This document shows positions 41,620 to 52,595 of a DNA stretch of 64,000 nt, piece by piece. The notes under the pieces were generated by a model. That model had not been told where the DNA came from, ran no database searches, and saw nothing but the letters and a program-made list of their open reading frames with translations. Numbering within the stretch: the stretch's first letter is position 1; the number at the start of each line of letters is the position of its first letter. Made by a program: the position numbers and the translations under genes. This DNA is from an uncultured Candidatus Saccharibacteria bacterium. Lineage in GTDB: Bacteria > Patescibacteriota > Doudnabacteria > UBA920 > 2-01-FULL-46-14. The stretch covers positions 24,080 through 88,079 of the forward strand of contig CAZMCQ010000003.1 of assembly GCA_964565195.1 (NCBI GenBank), written 5' to 3'.

Positions 41620-41705
41620 AATGTAAATATCAAAAATCAAAATTGCAGATTAAAATTTTAAATTTTTCACTATCATTTTCAATTTTGATTTTTAATTTTT
41701 GATTT
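41613..41705. repeat. family C AT-rich palindrome
   Basis: AAATATCAAAAATCAAAAT...ATTTTGATTTTTAATTTTTGATTT. Confidence 0.8.
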
Positions 41706-41709
41706 CGCA

Positions 41710-42384
41710 ATGTCAAAACGACACGAACAAGCATTAACACAAATCGACCAGGCAAAAAGCTATAGCATTGAAGAGGCAGTGGCTCTGGCCAAGCAAACCT
41801 CAAAAGTAAAATTTGATGCGACTGTGGAGGCGCATTTTCGCCTAAATGTTGATCCGAAAGCGTCTGATCAGAAAGTCAGAACACAAGTGTCGTTGCCGCA
41901 TGGCACAGGCAAGCAACTCCGGATCGCCGCGTTCGTAAGCGCGGCCAAAGAAAAAGAAGCCCAAAGCGCGGGAGCAGACATCGTGGGCGGCGATGAGCTT
42001 ATCAAAAAGATTAAAGAAACCGGCAAGGCGGATTTTGACGTGGCCGTGGCCGAGAGCGCGATGATGAAGTCTTTGGCCGGCGTAGCGAAGATTCTAGGTC
42101 AAAAGGGGCTCATGCCCAATCCAAAAACCGGCACAGTCGGCGAAGACGTGGTCAGGATGATTTCGGAGCTCAAAGGCGGCAAGGTGGATGTGCGCATGGA
42201 TGATTCGGGCAATATCCATCAGGCCGTTGGCAAAGTGTCGTTTGACGACTCTAAACTTGTAGAAAATTTCAGTACATTAAAGGATGCGATCCAGCGCGCC
42301 AAACCGGCTGGCGTGAAGAAAGAGTTTATTGCTTCAATCACCCTCGCGACCTCGATGGGGCCGGGGATAAGGGTGCAAAAATAG
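41710..42384 (+). CDS. rplA: 50S ribosomal protein L1
   Basis: KFDATVE, LPHGTGK, GLMPNPKTGT and SMGPG motifs. Confidence 0.98.
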   Translation: MSKRHEQALTQIDQAKSYSIEEAVALAKQTSKVKFDATVEAHFRLNVDPKASDQKVRTQVSLPHGTGKQLRIAAFVSAAKEKEAQSAGADIVGGDELIKKIKETGKADFDVAVAESAMMKSLAGVAKILGQKGLMPNPKTGTVGEDVVRMISELKGGKVDVRMDDSGNIHQAVGKVSFDDSKLVENFSTLKDAIQRAKPAGVKKEFIASITLATSMGPGIRVQK

Positions 42385-42470
42385 GAAGTTAGCTTATAGC
42401 TTATAGGGAATAGCTCTCTGCAAAGTGAGCTATTTTTGCTATACTTCTATTAGCTAATACCTATAAGCTA
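42382..42470. repeat. family D 7-nt periodic palindrome
   Basis: TAGCTTA TAGCTTA TAGGGAA TAGC...CTAATAC CTATAAG CTA. Confidence 0.75.
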
Positions 42471-42476
42471 TTTCCC

Positions 42477-43061
42477 ATGATTTTGTCCGACAAAGACATC
42501 AAAACAAAACTGGACGAGGGGGCGATCAAAATTGACCCGATGCCCGATTTGGCCGTTGCCCTCGGGTCGATTTCTGTAGACCTTCGCCTGGGCAATCAGT
42601 TCCTGGTTTATATCCGTACCGAGCAACCGTATATTGATGTCAACAATTCCGAGACTTTTGAAAATTTAACTAACCTTATTTCCAAACGAGACGATGAACA
42701 CTTTACAATTCACCCTGGCGAGTTTGTACTCGCCACGACTTTGGAAACTGTGGAAATCCCCAATGATCTGGCGGGGCGCCTCGAGGGGCGCTCTTCACTT
42801 GGGCGGCTGGGGATTGTGATTCATTCCACAGCTGGAAAATTTGACCCGGGCTGGAAAGGCCGGCTGGTGCTTGAGATTAGCAACATCGGCCAAGTGCCAG
42901 TCAAACTCTATCCCGGGATGCGCGTCTGCCAGCTTTTGTTCGAGCAGCTTTCTTCGCCGACGGAACAGCCGTACACTGAACGCAAAAGTTCCAAATACAA
43001 ATTCCAGTCTTCACCTTTGAGCAGCAAAATCACCGCCGAAGCCAATGAAAGTAAAGATTAA
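42477..43061 (+). CDS. dcd: dCTP deaminase
   Basis: MILSD, SVDLRLG, GRSSLGRLG and DPGWKG motifs. Confidence 0.95.
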   Translation: MILSDKDIKTKLDEGAIKIDPMPDLAVALGSISVDLRLGNQFLVYIRTEQPYIDVNNSETFENLTNLISKRDDEHFTIHPGEFVLATTLETVEIPNDLAGRLEGRSSLGRLGIVIHSTAGKFDPGWKGRLVLEISNIGQVPVKLYPGMRVCQLLFEQLSSPTEQPYTERKSSKYKFQSSPLSSKITAEANESKD

Positions 43062-43470
43062 GCGCATTGACGAGTCTCTGCCTCTGCCGGAACACCAAAC
43101 GGGTGGATCAGTCGCCTTTGATTTTTATTCGCGTATAGACGCGAGCATAAAGCCGCACCAATTCCGGATATTGCCTTCTAATCTCATTATTGCTGTGCCA
43201 GAGGGCTATTTTTTACTGATTGCAGCTCGTTCCAGCACTCATAAAAGGGGATTGCTGCCTGCCAATGGGATAGGCGTGATTGACCAGGATTATCATGGCG
43301 AAAAAGATGAAATAGGGATTTTGGTGTACAACGTTACGGACAAGCGGGTTGACATTAAAAGAGGAGAGCGCATTGCGCAGGGATTGATTATTCCGGTGGA
43401 ACGGGCGGAATGGGTGGAAGGGGAGAAGTTAAGAGAGGATTCAAGAGGGGGATTTGGGTCTACGGGGTAA
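43045..43470 (+). CDS. dut: dUTP diphosphatase
   Basis: ARSS, GVIDQDYHGE and RGGFGSTG motifs. Confidence 0.95.
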   Translation: MKVKIKRIDESLPLPEHQTGGSVAFDFYSRIDASIKPHQFRILPSNLIIAVPEGYFLLIAARSSTHKRGLLPANGIGVIDQDYHGEKDEIGILVYNVTDKRVDIKRGERIAQGLIIPVERAEWVEGEKLREDSRGGFGSTG

Positions 43471-43508
43471 ATAAGTAATTTACCTCACGAAAGGGAGAGG
43501 TTACAGAT

Positions 43509-44087
43509 ATGACAAAAGGCAAATTCATCGTTCTTTATGGAATAAATAATCTTGGCAAGTCTACGCAGGCGAGATTATTAGTTGAGAAATTGCTGGCCCA
43601 AGGCAGAAAAGCGAAGTATATAAAATACCCGATCTATGACCTCGAACCATCCGGACCGCTTCTGAATAATTATTTGCGCGAAGGGAATACATATAAACTC
43701 ACGCCAAAGGAAGCGCAGATAATTTACGCGTTCAACCGCGCGCAATACGAACCGGAATTAAAAAATCAACTGGAGCGGGGGATAGACATTTTGGCGGAAG
43801 ATTATTGGGGTACTGGCGTGGCCTGGGGCATGGGCGCGGGCGAGGATAAAAAATTTCTGCTGGAGCTGAATTCAGGATTTTTGCGCGAAGATCTGGCGTT
43901 TTTGTTTGTTGGCGAAAGATTTGCAACAGGGCTTGAGAAGGATCATAAGCACGAAACGGATGAGGAATTGATAAAGCGAGTTGACGAGGCGCACCGCGAT
44001 CTTGCCAAAAAATTTGGATGGAAAATTGTAAATGCCAATGAGAGTGTTGAAAAGGTAAATGAGGCAATATTTAGACTTATTGGATAA
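43509..44087 (+). CDS. tmk: thymidylate kinase (divergent)
   Basis: [17 protein letters not shown]-loop; dTTP operon context. Confidence 0.85.
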   Translation: MTKGKFIVLYGINNLGKSTQARLLVEKLLAQGRKAKYIKYPIYDLEPSGPLLNNYLREGNTYKLTPKEAQIIYAFNRAQYEPELKNQLERGIDILAEDYWGTGVAWGMGAGEDKKFLLELNSGFLREDLAFLFVGERFATGLEKDHKHETDEELIKRVDEAHRDLAKKFGWKIVNANESVEKVNEAIFRLIG

Positions 44088-44871
44088 AGTGATGAGAGAG
44101 GGGCTGGAACGGCCGGACCGCACGGGCACTGGCACACGCGGGATTTTTGGTTATCAGATGAGGTTTGAGCTATCCCGCGGTTTTCCAGTGCTCACGACCA
44201 AGAAAATTCATTTGAAGTCCATTATCTATGAGCTTTTGTGGTTTTTGAAAGGCGACACAAACATTAAATGGTTAAACGAGCATGGCGTGACCATCTGGGA
44301 TGAATGGGCCGATGAGAACGACGATTTGGGGCCGATCTATGGCAAGCAGTGGACTGCGTGGGAGGGGAAAGACGGAGTGAAAATAAATCAAATCGCACAG
44401 GCCGTTGAAATGATAAAAAATAATCCTTATTCAAGACGTAACATCGTGAGCGGTTGGAATGTGGCAGACTTACAAAACTTAGTTAAGGGTAAAAAGACTG
44501 CGCCACCACCGTGCCATACGATGTTTCAGTTTTACGTCGCGGACGGGAAATTGTCGTGTCAATTATACCAACGCAGCGCCGATATTTTCCTGGGCGTGCC
44601 GTTTAACATCGCTTCTTATGCGCTTTTAACGATGATGATGGCACAGGTTTGCGACCTTGCGCCCGGCGAGTTTGTGCATACCCTGGGCGATACGCATATT
44701 TACAAAAATCATTTTGATCAGGTGAAACTGCAGCTGACGCGGCAGCCGCGGCCGTTGCCGACTATGAAAATCAACCCGGCAGTGAAAGACATTTTCGGAT
44801 TTAAATTTGAAGACTTTGAACTCGTCGGCTATGACCCGCATCCGGGCATCAAAGCCCCGATAGCGATATAA
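44059..44871 (+). CDS. thyA: thymidylate synthase
   Basis: DRTGTGT, PPCH and [13 protein letters not shown] motifs. Confidence 0.98.
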   Translation: MRQYLDLLDKVMREGLERPDRTGTGTRGIFGYQMRFELSRGFPVLTTKKIHLKSIIYELLWFLKGDTNIKWLNEHGVTIWDEWADENDDLGPIYGKQWTAWEGKDGVKINQIAQAVEMIKNNPYSRRNIVSGWNVADLQNLVKGKKTAPPPCHTMFQFYVADGKLSCQLYQRSADIFLGVPFNIASYALLTMMMAQVCDLAPGEFVHTLGDTHIYKNHFDQVKLQLTRQPRPLPTMKINPAVKDIFGFKFEDFELVGYDPHPGIKAPIAI

Positions 44872-44880
44872 AAATATAGC

Positions 44881-45229
44881 TGTCATTCCGGCCCTGAGCC
44901 GGAATCCAGATAGATGAAAGAATATTATGTTTACATTTTAGCCAGCAGAAGAAATGGGACGTTGTATATCGGGGTAACGTCAGATTTAATAAAGAGAGTT
45001 TATGAACATAAGAATGATGTTGTTGAGGGGTTCACCAAGAAATACGGGGTTCATAAGCTTGTGCATTATGAACAGACCGAGAGCATCGAAGGCGCGATTG
45101 CAAGAGAAAAACAATTGAAGAACTGGCACAGAAAATGGAAACTGGAACTGATAGAGAACTCAAACCCCACATGGAAGGATTTATACGAAGAATTAATTTG
45201 ACTGGATTCTGACTTTCGTCAGAATGACA
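44881..45229 (+). mobile_element. putative GIY-YIG mobile unit bounded by family A inverted repeats
   Basis: Left TGTCATTC-hairpin-GAATCCAG (44881-44909); right CTGGATTC-hairpin-GAATGACA (45202-45229). Confidence 0.65.
44914..45201 (+). CDS. GIY-YIG nuclease family protein
   Basis: YYVYIL..NGTLYIGVT, REKQLKNWHRKWK and NPTWKDL motifs. Confidence 0.93.
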   Translation: MKEYYVYILASRRNGTLYIGVTSDLIKRVYEHKNDVVEGFTKKYGVHKLVHYEQTESIEGAIAREKQLKNWHRKWKLELIENSNPTWKDLYEELI

Positions 45230-45255
45230 AATGGGAGAGGGAGAGCACGACATTT

Positions 45256-45729
45256 ATGATTATTCTCGTAGCTGCAGTAGCAAAAAACAACGTAATCGGC
45301 AAAGAAAATGACCTGCCGTGGTACTTGCCCGAGGATTTGAAGCGTTTTAAGCGGTTGACTACTGGTAAGACGGTTTTGATGGGACGAAAAACTTATGATT
45401 CAATCATCAGGCGGCTCGGTAAACCGTTGCCGAACCGTAAGAACGTGGTTGTGACTCGGGATGCCAATTTTAAAGCACCTGAAGGTGTAGAAATTTATCA
45501 TTCACTCGATGCAGCACTGGCTAAATACGGCAATGAACACTTATTTGTCATCGGTGGCGGGGAAATTTATCGGCAAACCATTGACCGCGCAGACAAACTA
45601 GAAATAACGCATGTAGACCAGCAGATCGATGGTGATGCTTTCTTCCCTGAAATTGACGAAAAGAAATGGAAGAAAACCGAAGAGGAACCGCACGAAGGGT
45701 ATACTTTTGTCACATACGAGAGAAATTGA
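45256..45729 (+). CDS. folA: dihydrofolate reductase
   Basis: LPWYLPED, MGRKT, LPNR, IGGGEIY and GDAFFP motifs. Confidence 0.97.
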   Translation: MIILVAAVAKNNVIGKENDLPWYLPEDLKRFKRLTTGKTVLMGRKTYDSIIRRLGKPLPNRKNVVVTRDANFKAPEGVEIYHSLDAALAKYGNEHLFVIGGGEIYRQTIDRADKLEITHVDQQIDGDAFFPEIDEKKWKKTEEEPHEGYTFVTYERN

Positions 45730-45741
45730 TATAGTAAAACA

Positions 45742-46771
45742 ATGGAAAACTTGGACAGGCTGATTAATGAGTTAAAAGAGGCCTTGGGGAAACTCAAGGG
45801 CCGGCTTTGACCTGCCGCAAAAGAAACAGAAAATTTTGGAACTGGAGGAGCAGATGGCGCAGCCAGACTTTTGGAAGGATTATAGGTTCGCCCAGGCGAC
45901 TGCGAAAAAGTTAAGTGCGTTGAAGGAGCAGGTGGAGTTTTGGGAGAAACTGGAGAAGGATATTGAGCAAGGGGAAAATTTCAAAAATTTGCAGCAGCGA
46001 TTTGAAAAGGCGCGGATCAGCACTTTTTTAAACCAGAAATACGACGATCACTCGGCCATAGTTTCCATCCATGCCGGAGCGGGAGGCCTCGATGCCCAGG
46101 ACTGGGCGGCGATGCTCGAGCGGATGTATTTGCGGTATTGTGAGAAAAAGGGCTTTAAAACGCAGATTTTGGAGCATAACCGAGATCCAGAAGGCGGGAT
46201 AAAGAGCGTCACGTTCGAGGTGCTCGGCCAGTATGCCTACGGGTATCTGCGCAGCGAGGCCGGGGTGCACCGGCTCATTCGCCTCTCGCCCTTCAATCCG
46301 GCCCACACGCGGGAGACGTCCTTCGGGCTGGTTGAGGTCTTGCCAGTTCTTGAGACGCAGGAAGAGCTCACGCTTGACCCGAAAGATTTGAAAGTAGAAA
46401 CCAAGACTGCTTCCGGACATGGTGGGCAGTCAGTGAATACCACCTATTCGGCAGTGAGAATTACGCATATCCCGACTGGCACCACAGTTTCAATTCAGAA
46501 TGAGCGCTCGCAGACCCAGAACAAAGAGCAGGCCATGCGCATCCTCAAAGCCAAGCTGCAGAAATTGGAAGACGAGCGGCAGCTGAAAGAAAAACAGGCG
46601 ATCCGCGGGGAGTTCAGGAGCGCCGAGTGGGGGAATCAGATCAGAAGTTATACGATTCATCCGTATAAATTGGTTAAGGACCATCGGACAGGATTGGAAT
46701 CAAGTGATCCGGATGCAATTTTGGAAGGAACTTTAGATGAATTTGTGGAAAAGTACTTGGAAACGCAATGA
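45742..46771 (+). CDS. prfB: peptide chain release factor 2, programmed +1 frameshift at CTT-TGA-C (45805-45811)
   Basis: 22-codon upstream ORF ending CTT TGA; +1 frame continues into SPF and GGQ motifs. Confidence 0.95.
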
Positions 46772-47448
46772 TTCGATTTGAACACGTAACAAAAATTTAT
46801 CCCAAAGATGTCGTGGCCGTGCACGATATTGATTTTGGCGTGCAGCCAGGGGAATTTATTTCCATTGTGGGCCGGTCCGGCGCAGGCAAATCCACGCTTC
46901 TAAAACTCATCATCCGCGAGGAGACGCCGACGCATGGCACGATTTTTATTGAGGATCACGATATTGCGGATATCCCCCCCGGCGATTTATCGTATTTGCG
47001 GCGGAAAATCGGCGTGGTTTTTCAGGATATGAAACTCCTGCCTTCCCGGACCGCCTTTGAGAATGTCGCCTTTGCCATGGAAGTCGGCGGCGTGCCGCGC
47101 ACCGAGATTGAAGCAGAGGTGCCCAAGTTCCTCGAACTGGTGGGTCTCCAGCAAAAGCGCGACGCCTTCCCCAACCAGCTTTCCGGCGGCGAGAAGCAGC
47201 GCGTGGGATTGGCGCGGGCGCTGGCGCACCGCCCGCTGTTACTCCTTGCCGATGAGCCAACCGGCAACCTCGACAACATCAATGCCCTGGAAATCCTGGA
47301 ACTTCTGAAAAAGATCAACGAGTTTGGCACAACCGTGCTCTTGGCGACTCACGCCAAGGAACTCGTGGACAAGATAAAAAAGCGCGTGGTGGTGCTGGAA
47401 CATGGCGAGATTGTTTCCGATGTGGCGCAGGGGAAGTATAAGCTATAA
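46768..47448 (+). CDS. ftsE: cell division ATP-binding protein FtsE
   Basis: [21 protein letters not shown] and ADEPTGNLD motifs. Confidence 0.93.
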   Translation: MIRFEHVTKIYPKDVVAVHDIDFGVQPGEFISIVGRSGAGKSTLLKLIIREETPTHGTIFIEDHDIADIPPGDLSYLRRKIGVVFQDMKLLPSRTAFENVAFAMEVGGVPRTEIEAEVPKFLELVGLQQKRDAFPNQLSGGEKQRVGLARALAHRPLLLLADEPTGNLDNINALEILELLKKINEFGTTVLLATHAKELVDKIKKRVVVLEHGEIVSDVAQGKYKL

Positions 47449-47462
47449 CAATAAGGTAACGG

Positions 47463-48377
47463 ATGAATTTAATTGCGTTTAATCGAATACTTTCCAATGG
47501 CGTCCTGAATTACTGGCGCAATTTCTGGCTGTCGGTCGCGGCGACAACCATTATGATCGTTACGTTGTTTATCATCTCCACTTTGCTCGTCCTGAACGCC
47601 TTGACTGGAATTTCGCTTGCCTCCCTGCAGCAAAAAGTGGACATCAGCGTCTATTTCAAAAACACGACGACCGAGGAGACGATTCTGCAAATTCAGCAGC
47701 AGGCTGAGTTTTTGCCGGAGATTAAATCCATTCAGTATATTCCGCCGGTCGAGGCGCGCGAGAAATTCAAAGAACTGCACAAAGACGAGCCCCTGCTTCT
47801 GGAGTCAGTGGAGCAATTTTCGGATGAGGAAAACCCGTTTCCGGCCTCGTTTGCCATTCGCGTGCGCTCGCTGGCTGACTACCCGACGATCATCAGTCTG
47901 TTCCAGGACCAGAAATTTGAGCCGTTCGTGCAGAAAATCACGGATAAGCGCGATGTCGTGGACCGGCTGCTGCGCGTGACGCGCGGCGTCAAAAATTTCG
48001 GTCTGGTCCTAAGCGGTATTTTTATGTTGATTACCGTTATCGTGATGTTCAATACCATTCGCCTTACGATTTACAACCGGCGAGAAGAAATAGAGATTAT
48101 GCGGCTCGTCGGCGCTTCGAACTGGTTCATTCGCGGCCCATTCGTGGTGGAAGGAATTTTTTATGGTATCGCCGGCGCGTTAATCACCACGGCCATTCTT
48201 TATCCGATTATGTGGATCCTGACGCCGAAGATTTCTGCGTTTCTGGAGCTGGACCTCAAACAGTTTAACTATTTTGGTTTGAATCTCTACGCGCTTTTTG
48301 CGACGCAGCTCTTGACCGGCGTGCTGCTCGGCATCATTTCCTCGCTCATCGTCATCCGCCGGTACCTCAAAATATGA
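47463..48377 (+). CDS. ftsX: cell division permease FtsX
   Basis: [27 protein letters not shown] motif. Confidence 0.93.
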   Translation: MNLIAFNRILSNGVLNYWRNFWLSVAATTIMIVTLFIISTLLVLNALTGISLASLQQKVDISVYFKNTTTEETILQIQQQAEFLPEIKSIQYIPPVEAREKFKELHKDEPLLLESVEQFSDEENPFPASFAIRVRSLADYPTIISLFQDQKFEPFVQKITDKRDVVDRLLRVTRGVKNFGLVLSGIFMLITVIVMFNTIRLTIYNRREEIEIMRLVGASNWFIRGPFVVEGIFYGIAGALITTAILYPIMWILTPKISAFLELDLKQFNYFGLNLYALFATQLLTGVLLGIISSLIVIRRYLKI

Positions 48378-48856
48378 AAGTGATACTGAAACAAGACATC
48401 AAGGGCCTGGGCCGCGCCCGGGAGATAATCGAGGTGGCCGACGGCTATGGCCGGAACTTTCTCATGGCGCGCGGGCTGGCGCGCCTCGCCGATAACGTCG
48501 CGGTCCGGGAATTGCAGAAGGAGCAGGAACTTGCAGGCAAAAAAGCCGCGCAGGCCGCAGCGGCGCGGCAAAGATTGGCCAAAACACTTCAAGGCCAAAG
48601 CTTTGTTTTCGAGCTTCCGGCCGGGGAGAAGGGGGAGCTTTACGCGGCCTTGAAAGAAAAAGAAATTTTGCTTAAGATAAGCCAGGGCACGGTCGCCCCG
48701 CCGGCAAGCGCTAGGATTCTGGAGTTCACGCCCATCAAAGCCGTGGGCGATTATGAGTTGCGGCTGGTCCTGGGAGATGCGAGTACCGCGGATATTAAAG
48801 TTATTATTAAAGCCAAAAATGGCAAAAAAGCAAAAAATCAAAGCCAAAGCAACTAA
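48374..48856 (+). CDS. rplI: 50S ribosomal protein L9
   Basis: [23 protein letters not shown] motif. Confidence 0.95.
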   Translation: MKVILKQDIKGLGRAREIIEVADGYGRNFLMARGLARLADNVAVRELQKEQELAGKKAAQAAAARQRLAKTLQGQSFVFELPAGEKGELYAALKEKEILLKISQGTVAPPASARILEFTPIKAVGDYELRLVLGDASTADIKVIIKAKNGKKAKNQSQSN

Positions 48857-50483
48857 ATATATTTTTGTGATCGGCGGCGTTATGTCGTCCGTCGGCAAAG
48901 GCGTCACCACTGCCTCCCTCGGCAGAATTTTGTTATCCAAGGGGTACCGCGTCGCGATGGTGAAGTGCGAAATGTACGTGAACGTGGATGCCGGCACGAT
49001 TCGTCCGACGGAACATGGCGAGGTCTTTGTGGGGTCAGACGGCATCGAGGCGGACCAGGACCTCGGCAACTACGAGCGCTTTACCGGCAACGATTCGCGC
49101 TCGGAAAATTACATCACCCAGGGCCAGGTTTATCTCGAGGTCATCCGGCGCGAACGCAATCTGGAATACGGCGGCGAGGACGTCGAGGTGATTCCGGATA
49201 TCCCGAATGAAATTATCCGGCGCATCAAGTTTGTGGAAAAACGACAGCAGCCGGATTTTATTATCGTGGAAATCGGCGGCACGGTCGGGGAGTATCAGAA
49301 CCTTTTGTTTTTGGAAGCCGCCCGAATGATGCATTTGAAAAATCCGGATCTGGTCCGGTTCGTCCTGGTAAGCTATCTGCCCATCCCGAAGAGCGTTGGC
49401 GAGATGAAAACCAAACCCACGCAGTACGCGGTACGGACGCTGTACAACGCCGGCATCGCGCCGGATTTTATCGTTTGCCGTTCCGAGCGGCCGCTGGACA
49501 GAAAACGCAAGGAAAAGCTGTCTGTGCTATGCAACGTGAAGCCCGAGGACCTTATTTCCGCGCCTGATTCGAGGATTATTTATGAAGTGCCGCTGATTTT
49601 GGAGAAAGACTCCCTGGGCGACAAGCTTCTGCAAAAATTCGGCTTGCCGAAACGAAAGCAGGATTTGCAGGAGTGGCGGAAAATGGTAAAAAAGATGACC
49701 CGCGCCCAAATTCCGCTGGACATTGCCGTGGTTGGCAAATATTTCGCGACCGGCGATTACACGCTGGTTGATTCATATATTTCGGTCGTGGAATCATTGC
49801 GCCATGCGGCATGGATGAACGGCCGCGCGCCCACTTTGCACTGGATAAATTCCGAGGACTTTGAAAAAAATCCTCGTTCCGTCTCAATCCTGAAAAAAAT
49901 GAACGGGGTGCTCGTGCCCGGCGGGTTTGGCGGGCGCGGGACAGAGGGCATCATCACGGCCATCAAATTTGCGCGGGAAAACAAAATTCCTTACCTCGGC
50001 CTGTGTTACGGGCTGCAGCTGGCGGTGATTGAGTTTGCGCGCCATGTCTGCAAAATGAAGGGGGCCAATACGACGGAAGTGGACCGCACCACGCGCTTCC
50101 CGGTAATTGACGTTATGGCCGAGCAGAAAAAAAACCTGGCGGACAAAAATTTCGGCGCCACGATGCGGCTCGGCAATTATCCCTGTAAGCTCGTAAAAGG
50201 AACGCTCGCCCAGGCGGCTTATAAAGTCCCGATCGCTGTGGAGCGGCACCGCCATCGCTATGAGGTCAATAATAAGTTCCGGCGCGCGCTCGAGAAGGGC
50301 GGCATGGTTTTTTCCGGCATTTACCCGAAGAAGGATCTCGTGGAAATCGCCGAGCTTGATAAAAAACTGCATCCCTGGTTTTTAGGGACGCAGTTTCACC
50401 CGGAGTTTACGGGACGGCCGTGGCGGCCGCACCCGCTCTTCGATGCCTTTATCAAGGCGGCGGTCAGACGACGTTCACGATAG
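48819..50483 (+). CDS. pyrG: CTP synthase
   Basis: [36 protein letters not shown] and QFHPE motifs. Confidence 0.97.
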   Translation: MAKKQKIKAKATKYIFVIGGVMSSVGKGVTTASLGRILLSKGYRVAMVKCEMYVNVDAGTIRPTEHGEVFVGSDGIEADQDLGNYERFTGNDSRSENYITQGQVYLEVIRRERNLEYGGEDVEVIPDIPNEIIRRIKFVEKRQQPDFIIVEIGGTVGEYQNLLFLEAARMMHLKNPDLVRFVLVSYLPIPKSVGEMKTKPTQYAVRTLYNAGIAPDFIVCRSERPLDRKRKEKLSVLCNVKPEDLISAPDSRIIYEVPLILEKDSLGDKLLQKFGLPKRKQDLQEWRKMVKKMTRAQIPLDIAVVGKYFATGDYTLVDSYISVVESLRHAAWMNGRAPTLHWINSEDFEKNPRSVSILKKMNGVLVPGGFGGRGTEGIITAIKFARENKIPYLGLCYGLQLAVIEFARHVCKMKGANTTEVDRTTRFPVIDVMAEQKKNLADKNFGATMRLGNYPCKLVKGTLAQAAYKVPIAVERHRHRYEVNNKFRRALEKGGMVFSGIYPKKDLVEIAELDKKLHPWFLGTQFHPEFTGRPWRPHPLFDAFIKAAVRRRSR

Positions 50484-50736
50484 TTTTGAGTTTGAGTTGC
50501 CCGGTGAAGTTTCGGATTCTTTTCTTTTGAAAATTCACGGTCCCGGTTCTGAGCGCGTAAATGGTGTCGTCCTTGCCAAGCCGGACGTTTTTGCCCGGAA
50601 CGTATTTGGTGCCGCGCTGCCGAATCACAACATTGCCAACGGCCACTTTCTGGCCGCCAAAAATTTTGACGCCCAGCCGTTTTGAGATCGAATCCCGCCC
50701 TAAACTGGTACTTCCGCCGGCCTTTTTATGTGCCAT
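50464..50736 (-). CDS. rpmA: 50S ribosomal protein L27
   Basis: [20 protein letters not shown] motif. Confidence 0.97.
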   Translation of the reverse strand: MAHKKAGGSTSLGRDSISKRLGVKIFGGQKVAVGNVVIRQRGTKYVPGKNVRLGKDDTIYALRTGTVNFQKKRIRNFTGQLKLKTIVNVV

Positions 50737-50870
50737 TTCGTCGCATCTGGTGAAACCTTCGCGTCCCCTCAACTAGTTCGGGGCCGCTACGGTTCACTGG
50801 CTGCTCCTCTTTCCCAAAATACGTGCTCGCTTCGCTGCGCTCCGCATTTTGGGAACCCTTAAAAATTAAC

Positions 50871-52157
50871 TCAATTCTTCTTCAGAATAAATATTTCTCG
50901 GCTGACAAATTGATCCTTGCGGTCGTAGATAATGCTCTTGCGCGGGGTTTGCAGCAGGAAATTATATTTTTCCATCACGACAGCCGGTACTGGATCAACG
51001 ACAGTATAGCCAAGCACCTTGATCTTGTCAACGATTTCAAAGCAGCGGTATGTGCCGGTAATGTGATAGGCCGGCAAAGCGATGACGATACGTTTTTCAG
51101 ACGGGAGAATGTTGAGCCAGGCCTTGAACGCGCCTAGATAAATTTTTTCCAGTTCTTTAAAATTCGCTTCAATCTGTTTTTCTTTCGGCGGCTTGGCATA
51201 GGCCGGGCCAAGCGTGCCCTCGGTGACGACTGCCTCATAATTTAGCCTGGGCAGATTTGCCGCGAGATCTTTGGCGTCAGAAACAATGAGTTCAAAGCGC
51301 CCGGGCGGCACTTTGTAGCGATTTTTGATCCACTCCAGATTTTTTTGCGCCCCGTCAACGGCCTTTTCCGAGATGTCCGAGCCCACGGTTTTGTAGCCCA
51401 TGATCATGGCCTCCTGCAGGATCGTGCCCGAACCCACGAAGGGATCGAGCAGGGCCATTTTCGAATTGCCCACCGCCTTTGCCGGCAGCTCGGCAAGATT
51501 GATCATCTCCTGCGCGACCTTCGGCGGCAGCATGCCGATTGACGGGTCGCGCGCCGGCCGCTGGTAGTCGCGCCGGCCATAATCTTCGAAATCCTGCACC
51601 GTTAAAGTTTTGGCCAGGTAAATTCGTTCAGCCGCAACCAGAAAATCCAGCTCTGCGCCTTTTTCCAGAAGACGCTCGCCGGTTACCACCACGGAGGCAA
51701 GGGAGATGGCCTCGTTCTGGGGCCAGACGATGCGCACTGAACAGCCGGCTTGCTGCAGGATGTCCTTGATCATAAAGCCAAGCCGTTTGTTCTCGCCGCG
51801 CAAGGGGAGCCCTTTGGCCATTGGGTAGATGGAGATGCCGATATTGAATTTGCTCGGACGAGGCGGCAGGAATTTTTCTTTTAGAATCTTCGCGTCAAAG
51901 TATTCGTGGAAGGCGTAGAAAGGCCCGGCATCTTTTTTGCGGCCCAGAGACTCCACGACCTCCATGATTTTTATCGTTCCACCGAGGCGTTTTTGCAGTT
52001 TTTGGACAGGAAGCGCGGTTTCTGTTTCAATAATAAGGATCTCGCGGTAAAGGTCTATGAGCCGGAACGAGATCAGCATCTGCTCGAAGACCGCAAAAAT
52101 TTCCGCCAGGGAAAGCGTAAAAACCCGACCCAAATTGAATGCGTATTTTACTTTCAT
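50871..52157 (-). CDS. Trm11/THUMP-like RNA methyltransferase
   Basis: MLPPKVAQEMIN, LDPFVGSGTIL and GSDIS motifs. Confidence 0.78.
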   Translation of the reverse strand: MKVKYAFNLGRVFTLSLAEIFAVFEQMLISFRLIDLYREILIIETETALPVQKLQKRLGGTIKIMEVVESLGRKKDAGPFYAFHEYFDAKILKEKFLPPRPSKFNIGISIYPMAKGLPLRGENKRLGFMIKDILQQAGCSVRIVWPQNEAISLASVVVTGERLLEKGAELDFLVAAERIYLAKTLTVQDFEDYGRRDYQRPARDPSIGMLPPKVAQEMINLAELPAKAVGNSKMALLDPFVGSGTILQEAMIMGYKTVGSDISEKAVDGAQKNLEWIKNRYKVPPGRFELIVSDAKDLAANLPRLNYEAVVTEGTLGPAYAKPPKEKQIEANFKELEKIYLGAFKAWLNILPSEKRIVIALPAYHITGTYRCFEIVDKIKVLGYTVVDPVPAVVMEKYNFLLQTPRKSIIYDRKDQFVSREIFILKKN

Positions 52158-52510
52158 TTATCAAAAATAACCAACAAAAGATTGCATTGGCGATTGGTTA
52201 TCTGCTCGTGGCCTCGCTCTTTTTCGCGCTGGGCAGGTTCACTGCCGAAAGCAAACCAGAGTCAAAAACCGACGGGGCGCCTCCTCAAACTTCCGATCAA
52301 GTTAATAATACGCCAACTGCGCCTACCGTGCAATCAGCGACCACAACCGCATCCGGCGATTGTGCAGGCCGGATCAAAGGCAACATCTCGTCGTCGGGCC
52401 GTATCTATCATATGCCCGGCGGTGCTTTTTATAACCGGACCAATCCGGAAATGTGTTTTTCCACGGAAGCCGAGGCGCGCGCCGCCGGCTTCCGCAAGAG
52501 CCAGAGGTAG
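52139..52510 (+). CDS. membrane-anchored protein with Ada-like metal-binding domain
   Basis: IKGNIS..IYHMPGG..FSTEAEARAAGFRKS motif. Confidence 0.8.
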   Translation: MRILLSFIKNNQQKIALAIGYLLVASLFFALGRFTAESKPESKTDGAPPQTSDQVNNTPTAPTVQSATTTASGDCAGRIKGNISSSGRIYHMPGGAFYNRTNPEMCFSTEAEARAAGFRKSQR

Positions 52511-52595
52511 GATAAGATTGCACCATAAGTAACTACAAAGGCTCAACCATGGTTGAGCCTTTGATTTTGCGCGCTTTTTCGTTATAATCTGACCT

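Noticed and set aside
45808-45810. In-frame TGA as a sign of genetic code 25
   Set aside because: It is the prfB frameshift site; RF2 is present and many genes end in TGA
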